DNA of 64,000 nt from contig JBHGNT010000010.1 in NCBI GenBank assembly GCA_043228905.1, positions 16,120,001 through 16,184,000 of the forward strand, in the 5' to 3' direction. The notes under the pieces were generated by a model, which worked only from the letters and a program-made list of their open reading frames with translations, made no database searches and had not been told where the DNA came from. Shown piece after piece: positions 1 to 11,500 of the stretch. Position numbers and translations under genes: made by a program. The DNA is from Azolla caroliniana. Taxonomy: Eukaryota; Plantae; Polypodiophyta. The first letter of the stretch is position 1, and each line of letters starts with the position of its first letter.

Positions 1-154
1 ACACTAAACACGTGGGATTCACAAGATTTATTTCTTGCTTCTCTTTCTACCTATTTCATAACTAGCCTTATATTGTATTCTTCTTTCTCCTAGTCCAACA
101 ACTCAGTGGTTCCCACCCGACTCACGCAACGATCCGGAGCCGTAAGGCACGACA
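1..154 (+). repeat. 5' LTR of element A (3' part only)
   Basis: Near-identical to 26111-26264; ends ...GACA just before the PBS. Confidence 0.9.
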
Positions 155-159
155 CAAAG

Positions 160-176
160 TGGTGAACCCGACGTGA
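160..176 (+). other. Primer binding site of element A, complementary to the tRNA-Trp 3' end
   Basis: TGGTGAACCCGACGTGA is the reverse complement of ...TCACGTCGGGTTCACCA, the plant cytosolic tRNA-Trp 3' end as recalled. Confidence 0.85.
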
Positions 177-193
177 AACCGGGTGACAAGGAG

Positions 194-1110
194 ATGGAAA
201 ATCAACCGGGGTCTAACAACATGATGGCGATGTTTGAGCGGATGCTACAAGAACAACGCGCAATGTCAGAGATTGCGGTGGCAGTAGAGCGGCTCGTGCA
301 ACAGAACGGGCAATTCAACGGGAAAGACGTGTCACGATATTTGCGAGATTACAAGGCGGAAATGCTACGGTGCGGGATTTCGGAAGGACTGCAAATGACA
401 TCCTTCAATCGGGTAGCGACCGATGGGCTTCAAGGGAGTATCCACGAGATACGGCAGCAAAATCCGACGTGGGAGGCATTTGAAGACGCGCTAAAGACCA
501 CGTTCTCCATCGAGGACTCCTCCAAGGCAACGAGGAGGAGATTTGAAGATTGGGTAAAAACACCGCATAAGGGGATGAAGGTCCTCGATGTATTTTCTTC
601 ATTCGAAAGTCGGTTCGGGAGGTTTTCTACGAGAGATCAAGCTATCCTCGCACCGGACAAAGTGATCATGTTCCTACGAGCCGTGGACATTCGGGACCGG
701 AAAGATCTTGGAGTGCTTTTGGAGGACATGACCACTAAGAGTGGCCTCACCAAAACATGGGAAAGCGTGTGGGATATCATCGCGTGATACACGAAGATGG
801 GGCAATGGCTTGCTAATGAAGAAAAGAGGGTTTCAGAACCGATTCCGAAAACAAGATCCGGACTGGAAGACCATCAACCGCGGGCTCAGGAGACTACAAC
901 CGAGAAGGGAATCGACGCAACCACGGTGGAGCAGTTGCTGAAGGAGATGGAGAATCTAAAAATCGCGATGGTGAAGAAGTTGGATGACTGTCCCACAAGC
1001 TCCAAGTACATGGACCGTCGGTGCATATGGTGCGATAGCACCCAACATGATCGGAGGGATTGCTATGAGCACAAGGAAACGTTACGACGGGATCTTATCT
1101 ACTACGATGG
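194..1110 (+). pseudogene. gag: Element A gag, 5' part (capsid region, degenerate Zn knuckle), premature TGA at 785-787
   Basis: ORFs 173..787 and 797.. share a frame; GQFNGKDVSRYLRDY motif and CIWCDSTQHDRRDC knuckle. Confidence 0.85.
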
Positions 1111-1131
1111 TGAAAACGTAAGTGTTTGTGG

Positions 1132-1781
1132 TGTCGAGGTATTCCTCGCGGATGCGTGGAATGAGGCGGGACCTCGGGGGTCTTGTACCGAAGAGCAAGA
1201 GAGAAAGGAGAAGGGAAGGGACCCACTAGGTGCGAGCGTAGATCCACAGGGACACGGCCCTTCGACACGAAGACGCGAGCGGGAGACCAACACAGAGAGA
1301 CACGAAGGTATGTATGTATATATTAACAAAGGCAAACAACAAGAAGCACGAAGTCGGTTACAACCGAACAGGCCGGCGAACAGATGCCGATGCCTGTTCG
1401 CAAACTCTCAGAAAGAAAGGAGTAGGTTGGAGGTGCTGCCGGAAGCACTCGGGCATTCCTCAGAGCAGCGTGAGCCTCCCCGAAACCCTGCACTGAAAGA
1501 AGCTACGGAGTATGGAAGAGAGAGAAGCCTTCAACCGAAAACCCGACAGCACTTCGTCCTCTCTGATTCCTCGATGATCCCTTCCTCCTCCCCGTCTCCC
1601 TCCTTTTATAGGCAAGAAAGGAGTCGTTTCCCATTAACTTCCTACCTACCGAATCTACCTACCTAGGATCTTCTATGTACCCAATTCTCTCTTATGTACA
1701 ACATAAGATGTTCGTGCATGAAGAGCCGGTTCCTACGTTCCGGTGCACCGATTCCGCTTGTGGACGGTTTTCTTCACGACA
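1132..1781 (-). repeat. 3' LTR of element C
   Basis: Direct repeat of 7480-8129; minus-strand TATA (CTATAAAAG) near 1604-1612. Confidence 0.95.
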
Positions 1782-1854
1782 TCCGCCCCCACCTAACCGC
1801 GCATCCACCGGCATGCACCAAATTGAGTTGGGACGGAGAAAACCGGTCCAGCCT

Positions 1855-4800
1855 TCATTCCCCGCCCGTCGGTTCTTCCTTGGTTTCGGATCGTTCGTCG
1901 TCGCGGTCCAGGTTAACCGGATCCGGCTCGTCGTCGTGACGCTTCTTGAACGCTTTGATCCGCTTCCTAGCTACCGGTATCGTCATTCTCGTGCCGTCGA
2001 GTTCCGCCAGATGGTACGTCCCGTTGTCGTTGGTACTTTGGACCACGTAAGGCCCGAACCACCTTCTTGCGAACTTCCGTGACGCTCGGTGCTGGTTGTC
2101 GAGGCTGCTGTCGTAGACTAGCACCCAGTCGCCTTCCTCGATCTTCTTTGGTCGGAGCCGGTGCGTCCGGTCGAACCGGGCTTTGTTCCTCGTCCTTGCC
2201 ACCCGAAGCTTTCTCGCGGCCTGTTCCACATCCTCTGGTCTTCGCTCGAGCTGTCGTATGCGGGCCGCCAACAGTTCCTCCCGGCTCATCTCGTCTTTCC
2301 AGTCCACGGTTGCCCATGAGGAGATCGTACGTTCCATCGGCATGATCAGCTTCTGCCCAAACATGAGCTCTGCCGGCATGAATCCCGTTACCGAACTATG
2401 CGTAGTTCGGTCCGCCCACAACGCGTAAGGCAATAGCCGCGGCCAGTTCCCGACTTGTCCTCCGCATGCCCGAACTAACGCCTTGACGATCGGTCCGTGT
2501 CCGCGCTCCACCTTCCCATTCGCCTCCGGATTGTACGCAGTGGTAAGCGAGAGCTTGACTCCCAGCCGGTCGAACAGCTCCTCAGCCTCTTCGGCGTCCA
2601 ACTCCCCACGATCAGCCACGATCTTCCCGACGCACCCGTACCGGCATATCACGTCCTCGATCAAGAACCGACATACGGCCGCGGTCGTTTTGTTCTGAAG
2701 GGCTCGGCCTTCCACCTGGTTCGTCAGATCTTCCCGAGCCAAGACCAGATACCGCATCTGTCCTACTCCCATCGGCATCGTCACCAGGTCTACCATCCAT
2801 TTGAAGTGGATGGTCGGAGGGTACGTAGGGTGAAGCTCGTCCCGATGTCGGACTATGGAGTGCATCTGACAGCTCTCGCAAGTTGTCACGAACCGATGCA
2901 CGTCCCGGTACAGTCCCGGCCACCAGTACTTCCCCTTTATCTTCTCGAACGTGGCCCACGTTCCACAGTGTCCAGCCCAAGGGCTATCGTGGTAGGCCGT
3001 CAGCAGCTCCTCCTGTTCTTCCTTCATCGCCACCACCCGGAGCGGGACGCCGTTCCTCTTCTTCGGGTGCTTCCATAAGTATCCGTCCCGGAGAAAGAAT
3101 CGGTATGCTTTCTTCCGGATCCGGTTGGTCTCGTCCCTTGTCCATGACGCATCCGGCGTCATGGTCCTTAAGAACCCACCGATCTGTAGCCACTCGCCGT
3201 CGTACTTGCTCTCGTCGAAGCCGTTAAGTGCCGGAGTGCTCGTCCCATCGGTCGTCACGTACGCTGCCTCGAAGAAGTCCACCCCGACTTCTTCGTCCTC
3301 CGAAACCATGCCGCCCTCGTCATCAAACCTCGCCCTCGAAAGCATGTCGGCCATGGCGTTGTCTTTTCCGAAAATGTGTCGTATTTCCGGGTCCAGGGAT
3401 TTGATGTACGCTATCCACCTGAGCATCGCCAGGTCCGGTGTCGCGCATCCGGAAACCATGCCGAGAATTGGTAGGCAATCCGTCTCGATAATCACTTATG
3501 TCCCGATCAGGTAGTCTTTGTCGGCCTTTACTGCCGAAACGATACCCCAGAGTTCGCGTTTAACCTGGGCGTACCCTCGTTGTCGCTCACTGAGGACCTT
3601 TGCGCCGAATCAGATCGGGAACCGAATGCCGTCCTCCTTTTCTTGGTTGACGACCCATCCGATCCCGGTCAGACTCGTATCCACCGTTATGTATACCGGG
3701 GTACCCTTCTCGTAGACAGCCTTCCGGAGCGCCGGTGTTGCTCGTCCCGCCACTCGAATTTTCGCCCCTTCTTCAACAACCCGTATAGCGGTTCCGCAAC
3801 GTGGGCGTAATGCGGGATCCATATATGGTAGAATGCACATGCCCCCAGGAACCTCCGAACTTCCATAACCGAGCTACAGTCGGTCTTCATCGCGGAGATG
3901 GCTTCTACCTTTGCCGAAGACGGCTTCCGGCCATATGGTCCACATAGGTGTCCGACCACCAGGATTTCTGATTGCCCGAAGGCCGATTTCTCCCCGGAGA
4001 AGGTGAGCCTCGCACCCTCTATCCTTTGTAGCACCCTCTCGCAGTCGTCGATGTGTGTTGCCACGAATCGCCGGCATCCGTCCGGCCCGAGTGTCTCGTC
4101 CTTCCCTTCCACCGGGCACCCCTTGATCGGGATATCGTCTAGAAACGGCATGGTGATGTCCGGGATGCAATCCCTTAGTACTTTGTTCATTGCATTCACC
4201 ATGTGGGCCACCGAGTTGGTACCCCCTTGTGGCAGGGTACACATTCGCACTAGGCCGAGGGGAGTTCGCATCGTCGTAATGTCTCTGCTCTCCACGGCTA
4301 GCTGGAACTGGTCGTACCCCGAGTACAGATCACCGACCGAATAAATCGACCTTCCGGCGAAGGCCTCCGCGAACTCGTCTATGGTCGGTCCAATTCCTGC
4401 GTTCCGAATGGTCACTCTGTTGACCGGCTGCAGGTCTTGAATGAAGCGCAATGTTCCGTTTTTCTTTGGTACGGTAAACCATTGGTTCGAGTATGGGGCA
4501 CTTGACGGTTCGAGAATGCCCATATCGACTTTCTGCCTCAATAGCTCCATCAACTTCGGGATGTGAGCTCTCGGTACTGGAATCAGCTTGAGATTCCACG
4601 GCACATGCGGTACCGTGAATATCACCATCGGCTCCACGATTGTCGGGTCTACGCACCCGATCTCTTCCGGTGAGAATGCGAAGGCTTTCCCGTGCCTTCC
4701 GAGCATCCTCCGAAACCGGTCTTCCTCTGCCGGCAGTAGGAACCCACCCCCACCGATTTTGAGCTCCCAGAGCGTCCCGTTGGTGGAAGGTGTGTCCTAT

Positions 4801-5319
4801 GCAGACCGGATCTCGCAAACTGGGGTCCGACGCAACCCCTCTAATCCGGGACTCGCTGCCCTCCGGTAAGGGTGCCGCGACTGGCCTTACCTTCCGGTCC
4901 ACAGTCTTCTACTTCGTGCTAACCCGGGCCGTCCGATCCGGCTCGAGCCCCTGACTGAAGTTCGCGATGACTTCGTACATCTCTTCGGAACATACCGGTA
5001 TCGTCCGGTCTTCGTTAAGGTCTTCTCCGGCTACCTTCCTCAGCATCCCCAAGGTGTCGTCGAAGGAGACCGCCTCCACGGCTCTGCTGATTTCCTCGTC
5101 CGGGCCGAGAACTCCGCACGCTCGAAGTCGCTCCTCTGCCCTTGCCTTTTCTCGGCCAACGATGCCGACTATCATACACCCTCCGTCGTTGGAGAAACAA
5201 AAAATTTTACCCATCGTACAAGGTTTCTTCGGTTTCGGTTCTATCGTACAACTGTGGGGTCTTTCCCGAGTGTCCGGACTGTCTCGGCCCCACGCCTTGG
5301 CAGCCCTCTCTAAAAATCC
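1855..5319 (-). pseudogene. pol: Element C pol (linker-RT-RNaseH-integrase) with a few stops, frameshifts and a small deletion
   Basis: ORFs 4909..5214, 3687..4706 (DLYSGYDQ, LPQG, FLDD), 3610..3840 (TVDTS RNaseH) and 1855..3495 (HHCC zinc finger, VDLV...DRGE...E core). No chromodomain. Confidence 0.9.
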
Positions 5320-7436
5320 TCCCGGTTCTCGCCACCGAGGGATTCACGGTTTCGCTCGTGGTTCGGTCGCACCGTCAGAAATTGGACCGAATGGCGCCCG
5401 TCCTGGCTTTTGACCCTCGCGTAGGCCGAACCGTTGTCTAGCACCTTGGTCTCCATCCGCGCCGCCGTGATGTATGGTTCCCCTAATATGACCGGGTGCG
5501 AGGACGTCTCCTGTACGAAGAAGTGCTGGTCAATCTCGACGTCGCCGATCTTGACTCGCACGTTCGGGCAGGCCCCGTGCAGTTCCTCGGTGGCGCGCAT
5601 CGCCGCCCGTATCTTCCACCCGTGCTTGGTGTTGATCGGCCACTTTCCCTTCTTATAGAAGTCCATGGACATCAGGTTTATTTCCGAACCGTGGTCCACC
5701 AGTGCCACCACCGGTTCCTGAACATCTCCGATCTTTACCGGGGTCTCCGTGGTCGCTCGGGCCCAGTGCGGCCTTGCATAGTGGCTCTCCGCCCACTCAT
5801 CTTCCAGCGCCATGTCGTCGATGTGCGACGTCCGCACCTCCACCGGTCTCTCCGGTTCTGTCTCCGTCGACAGCCTCTTCCGCTTCACCAAGTCCACAAT
5901 GGAGTCGTGGAACTCCTTCTTAGCGATCCCTAGCACCTCCCGCAATGGCAGCTCCACTTTGTTGTCGAGGATCCGTTCTTCTAGGACCTTTCATAGGTCC
6001 GTGGTCCTTTCTATTTCCGTCCCCAGTCGGTATCCGCCCTTCCTGGGGTTATCTTGCGCGCTGGACCCACCGGCATCGTTCCGTTGTTGCCCGAATCGGG
6101 TCTCGTATCGTTGTGAGGGCCCGGCCGCTCCGGCTTTCCCCACTCGTTTGTCTTCTACCAGAGCCTCGTAGTTCCGGCAGGCGGCTTCTACGAAGCCCGT
6201 CTTCTCCTCGACCGGGTCGCTTCACCCGGTTATTTCCCGGACCCGTCTCTCAGCGCGGTCCGCTTCATCTTTCCTCAGCCGTGCGCCGGCGAGGCCTTCC
6301 AGCATTGCCGACCAGAATCCGTCTTTGCTCTCCTTTCGGGCCTCGCTGCCCCCGACCCGAATGCCGGCCGACGCCGAGTAGTGGATGGCCTCCACGTGTC
6401 GGGCCGTTGCCTCTTCCATCAGTCTCTTCATACCTCCTCGCCCGTCGTTCCGGTTTAGGGCCCTTCTGGTATCGCCGGCGTGCACCCGGCCTTCCCATAG
6501 GTATACCACCCGGTTCCTCAACGCCTCTGCGAAATCGCCGCAGTCCTTCCGGATGTGGCCGACCTCGTCGCACCACATGCACCTGTTCCCTGCTGCCGGT
6601 CGTTGGTCACGAGCCGGTTCGCTGCCTTCCCTTCAAGTCTGGGCGATCTAGAGATCCTTTATAGCCCGCGTCAACTCCTCCAGCGCTGCTCCTCCGGACG
6701 AGTCATTGACCATGCCGGTCGGAGCCGAACCGGTTTCGAGCCACTCTCGGGTCTCTGCCCTTCGCCCTTGTGGTGCCGGTTCAAGCCTCCTTGCTGTGAC
6801 AGAGCCCGCTCCGGTCGCCCCGTTGTCAGCCCATTCTCGCCGTTTGTCGAAACGGCCACAGACTCTCTTAACCGCAGCCCAGTCGGTCGTCAGCCCATCT
6901 TTGGTTTCTAGCAAGGAGCCGACTTGATCCCGGTCCCGCTCGTCCACCGACTTGACGAACAGTAGGACCCGGCTCGTATCCAGAACGGTTCGGTCAAGCG
7001 CCGAAAGGCGCGCTAAGCGTTCCTCAAACTCCCGGAGGAGTGCCGACGCGTTTCTTCCCTTGCCGGGGGACTCCACCCATTCCATGAAGTCCCGTTTCGA
7101 AAGCCGGAGCGCGTCGTCCAGCCCGTATTTTTCTAGGAGTCGGCCTTCGAACTCCTCCCAAGTACGGCTCTCCGCCCGTACCTCGAGCACCTCCGCATGG
7201 ATGCTCGGCATCGCCACTCGAGGGAACCCGGCAAGACGCCTCTCTTCCGGAATGTCCCGCATCAGCATTTCTGCCCCATAGGACGCCAAATACTTCGTGG
7301 CATCCTTTCCGCTGAACCGGCCGATCGTACCGACGACCACCTCAATGGCTCTGTCGAGGGCGCCGGTGCCCTCCCGCGCGCTCAATATCCGATCCACGGC
7401 CGAAGCCATGGCCTCCGCAAGATCCGACCCCTTCAT
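5310..7436 (-). pseudogene. gag: Element C gag-protease ORF with nonsense mutations; ends EDF-stop at the frameshift site
   Basis: ORFs 6648..7616, 6222..6578 (CMWCDEVGHIRKDC) and 5310..5957 (ALVDHGSEIN, VILGEPY). Confidence 0.88.
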
Positions 7437-7459
7437 CTTCTGCTCTTCTCCCGCCTCCT

Positions 7460-7476
7460 TCACGTCGGGTTCACCA
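7460..7476 (-). other. PBS of element C (tRNA-Trp)
   Basis: TCACGTCGGGTTCACCA on +, 3 nt from the 5' LTR. Confidence 0.88.
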
Positions 7477-7479
7477 AGA

Positions 7480-8129
7480 TGTCGAGGTATTCCTCGCGGA
7501 TGCGTGGAATGAGGCGGGACCTCGGGGGTCTTGTACCGAAGAGCAAGAGAGAAAGGAGAAGGGAAGGGACCCACTAGGTGCGAGCGTAGATCCACAGGGA
7601 CACAGCCCTTCGACACGAAGACGCGAGCGGGAGACCAACACAGAGAGACACGAAGGTATGTATGTATATATTAACAGAGGCAAACAACAAGAAGCACGAA
7701 GTCGGTTACAACCGAACAGGCCGGCGAACAGATGTTGATGCCTGTTCGCAAACGCTCAGAAAGAAAGGAGTAGGTTGGAGGTGCTACCGGAAGCACTCGG
7801 GCATTCCTCAGAGCAGCGCGAGCCTCCCCGAAACCCTGCACAGAAAGAAGCTACGGAGTATGGAAGAGAGAGAAGCCTTCGACCGACAACCCAACAGCAC
7901 TTCGTCCTCTCTGATTCCTCGATGATCCCTTCCTCCTCCCCGTCTCCCTCCTTTTATAGGCAAGAAAGGAGCCATTTCCCATTAACTTCCTACCTACCGA
8001 ATCTACCTACCTAGGATCTTCTATGTACCCAATTCTCTCTTATGTACAACATAAGATGTTCGTGCATGAAGAGCCGGTTCCTACGTTCCGGTGCACCGAT
8101 TCCGCTTGTGGACGGTTTTCTTCACGACA
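7480..8129 (-). repeat. 5' LTR of element C
   Basis: Direct repeat of 1132-1781. Confidence 0.95.
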
Positions 8130-8524
8130 GCGGAAAACGTAAAACAGAGAACAACACACAGGGAGAGAGAGAGAGCGAGAGAGACAGAGAGAGCAGAACA
8201 CAATTTCCAAAATTATATCAAGACTCTGTACTACACACTGTGCTAAGTAACACTATTTATACAAGTCCTCTTGGGACTGACAGAAGTACCATGTACTTCA
8301 ATGCTCACACGAGCATCTGACACTTACTACGAGACTATAGATACCTAGTAGTCTATCCTATTCTAGGCTTCCGATTGGACTACCGGTTACGGATTGCACC
8401 CGGCCTCCACTGCTTGCCGGTTCGGTTGCTCACCGTCATACCGATCTGTTTCGCCCGATCCGTCTCGCTTACCGGCTCCGGCTTATTCAGCCGATTCGGC
8501 TCCGGTTGAGCTTGCCGCTCAACA
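8130..8524 (-). repeat. Main part of the 3' LTR of Copia B (the remaining 21 bp lie at 1111-1131)
   Basis: Matches 13673-14067; adjacent to PPT TTGAGGGGGAG (- strand). Confidence 0.93.
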
Positions 8525-8542
8525 CTCCCCCTCAAGCTCAAC

Positions 8543-11500
8543 CTAAGGTGGGGTCGTAGTGTCGACCTCTGTGGCAGTCGGTTCTTCCAACCGACTTCTC
8601 CTGGCGTCACTCCGCCTTGCTCGCGCTCCTCGTCCGGTCCGGTCCCGTTTGCCGCGACCCCTTTGGTTCTGCGCGCCTCGACCCTCTTGGTCGGTATGTC
8701 TGCTCAATAGGCCCATCTCAGCAGTCACGTTGTTGTGACTCCGGCGCTTGCCGATCCGTTGGTTTTCCCACGATGGCATCGACTTCCGCTGTGTCTGTGT
8801 CCCCTTGGCCTTCAGTCGATCCGACTCATCCGGGTCCATCTGTTGATCCGAGTTAGCTGTATCCAACTCGTTCCAGCTCTTGTCCGAATCGGTACACTCC
8901 GATTCGACTTCCGGCTTCAGGCCTCTCACCACATCGGACCACTTCCGAGTCTTGGCCTTCTCCATGCTTCCCTCGGCTTCTTCAGCCGGTGAACCGAAAT
9001 CGAATTCTCCATTCGACTCCGCATCATGGTCAGTACCGTCGTGATGACCTCCGCACAGCATGCACTTCTCTTCCTGAGTGCACAACTCTTCTTCACAGCC
9101 GCTTGCTCCGACCTGTTCGGATGTGTCGACTTCCTTCGTCGACTCGGCTTCCTTCATCTTCTTGTCTCCTCTTCTTCCGGCTCTCCTCTTACCGACGGGT
9201 TCAACAGTTTTTTTGCCTTTGCCCGTTTCGATAGGGATTTTGCCCTTGCTTCTCCCCCTCAAGTGTGGCACGTCGAGACGCTGAATACCAAGCATGTCGG
9301 TAAAGTGCTGCAACTTGTCCGATCCGAGCGGCTTGGTGAAGATGTCGGCAACTTGCCGATCCGTATGAACATACCGTAGGTCAACTTCACCGCTCAGGAC
9401 CCGCTCACGCACGAAGTGGTAGTGCACCTCGATGTGCTTTGTGCGAGCATGGAACACAGCGTTCCTGGCGAGCTGCAGGCTGCTCATGTTATTGCAGTAA
9501 ATCGGGATCGGGGTCGGCACCTCGATCCGCAAGTCTCGCAGCAGTCGCCGAAGCCAGATGGCTTCACAAGTGGCAACGGTAGCGGCCCGGTACTCAGCCT
9601 CAGTGCTTGACAACGCCACTGTGGGCTGCTTCTTGTTGCTCCACGCAACGGCCGCGCTACCTATGGAAAACATGTATCCGGAAGTGGAGCGGCGATCAGA
9701 CGCATCGCCGGCCCAGTCAGCATCGGTGTAACCGACAAGCTCTTCGGGTATACCTCGCCGGTATAGCAGTCCCCGGTCCTTAGTGCCGCTGACATACCGT
9801 AATATTCTTTGCGCGCACTGAAGGTGCTCCACGGTCGGCTTCTGCATGAACTGACTTACCATGCCGACCAGATAGCTGATGTCGGGTCAGGTGATGGTTA
9901 AGTAGATCAGGCTTCCGACAACCTGTCGGAACCGTTTCTCATTGCAGGCCGGTCCGGAGTTGGGACGGAGCTTCTGGTTCCGATCCAGGGGTGTGGAGAC
10001 AGGTCGGCAATCCAACATGCTGAACTTATACAGCATATTCAACACGTAATGTCGTTGTGAGAGAAATATGCCGTCGGGGGTCCGGATCACTTCGATCCCA
10101 AGAAAATAATGGAGGTCCCCCAGGTCCTTCATTTCGAATGCGTCCGACAACTGGGACTTGACGCGGTTGATTTCGAGAAGACCCGGTCCGGTGATGACTA
10201 AATCATCCACATACAAGAGTATACATACCGGACCGTCAGAGCCTTGCCGGATGAACAACAAAGAGTCCGACTTAGAGACAGCAAACCCCAGCTTACGCAA
10301 CCGGTGCGTGATCTTCGCGTTCCAGGCTCGGGGGGCTTGCTTCAAGCCGTAAAGCGACTTCTTCAATCGGCATACTGCCGACTTGTTCATCTCCGAGTGA
10401 AATCCGGGGGGCTGAGTCATAAAGACTTCTTCTTCAAGCTCTCCTTGAAGGAAGGCGTTCTTCACATCCATCTGGTGAAGATGCCACCCCCTTGCCGCAG
10501 CAACCGCCAGTACCACACGAACCGCCGTCATCTTCGTCACAGGAGCGAAGGTCTCATCGTAGTCGATTCCGTGGGTCTGCGCGTATCCCTTCGCCACTAA
10601 CCGGGCTTTGTACCAGTTAACAGAACCGTCGGCGTTGTACTTGACCTTGTACACCCACTTGCATCCGATCGGTTTACAGTGACGGGGAGGATCAACTAGG
10701 TCCCAAGTTTCGTTGGCATCGAGTGCCCGCATTTCTTCGTCCATAGCGGCACGCCAATTTGCGTCCTTTGCCGCTTCTGCGTAGCTCTTCGGCTCGCGCA
10801 CTTCTGTCACCTTAGTCATGTACGCATAATGATGCGCCATGTATTCATTGTACCTGTACCGCACGACGGGATCCTTCTGACGGGTTGATCGGCGCAACAC
10901 ACCGTCACCTGAATTGAGGCCCATCTTGGCCAGTTCGGTCTTCGTTGCCGAAGATCTGCCTTTCTCCTTTCCGGAGTCAGATACGCACCGATCCGACTCA
11001 TCGTTGCCGGTTTCGAATTCCGGCAGCTTCCTCTTCCCCTTCTCTTTGCGCGTGAACCGTTTCCTCGGTTCCTTGCGCGGGGAGAGCACGGTAGAGTCTC
11101 CACCACTTGCCGTCTCTTCATCTGACTGGTCCAACCGACCCAGTCGCTCATTCGGTCCACTCAACTGTAACGATTCCGGACTCTCATCTTGAGTCCCGGC
11201 TTCATCATCCTCTGCCAGGGCTGATTCAGGCTCACTGGCCTGATCTTCCGGCATTGGGTCGGGATCGGAAGTCGGAGTCGGTACGGAGTACCAGGATGCC
11301 AATTCGTCAAACTCGACATCCCGGCTAACTCGGACTTCCTTCGTCCGGGGGTTATAGCACTTATACCCCTTTTGCTCTTCAGCATAGCCAACTAGGATGC
11401 ATTTTTCCGATTTTGCATCCAGCTTTCTCCGCTTCTGATCCGGCACATGCACATACGCTATGCTGCCGAATATCCGAAAGTGTCTCAAGTTCGGCTTGCG

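Larger units (their letters stand above)
1132..8129 (-). mobile_element. Element C: full-length Ty3/Gypsy non-chromovirus LTR retrotransposon (tRNA-Trp primed) inserted in the 3' LTR of B
   Basis: Two 650-bp LTRs (1132-1781, 7480-8129, TGTCG...CGACA, about 13 differences by eye). PBS 7460-7476, PPT 1782-1793, 4-bp TSD GTGG/GCGG. Confidence 0.95.

Noticed and set aside
797-1666. 289-aa ORF as a novel gene
   Set aside because: Chimera: A gag reads through the insertion junction into antisense LTR sequence of B and C.
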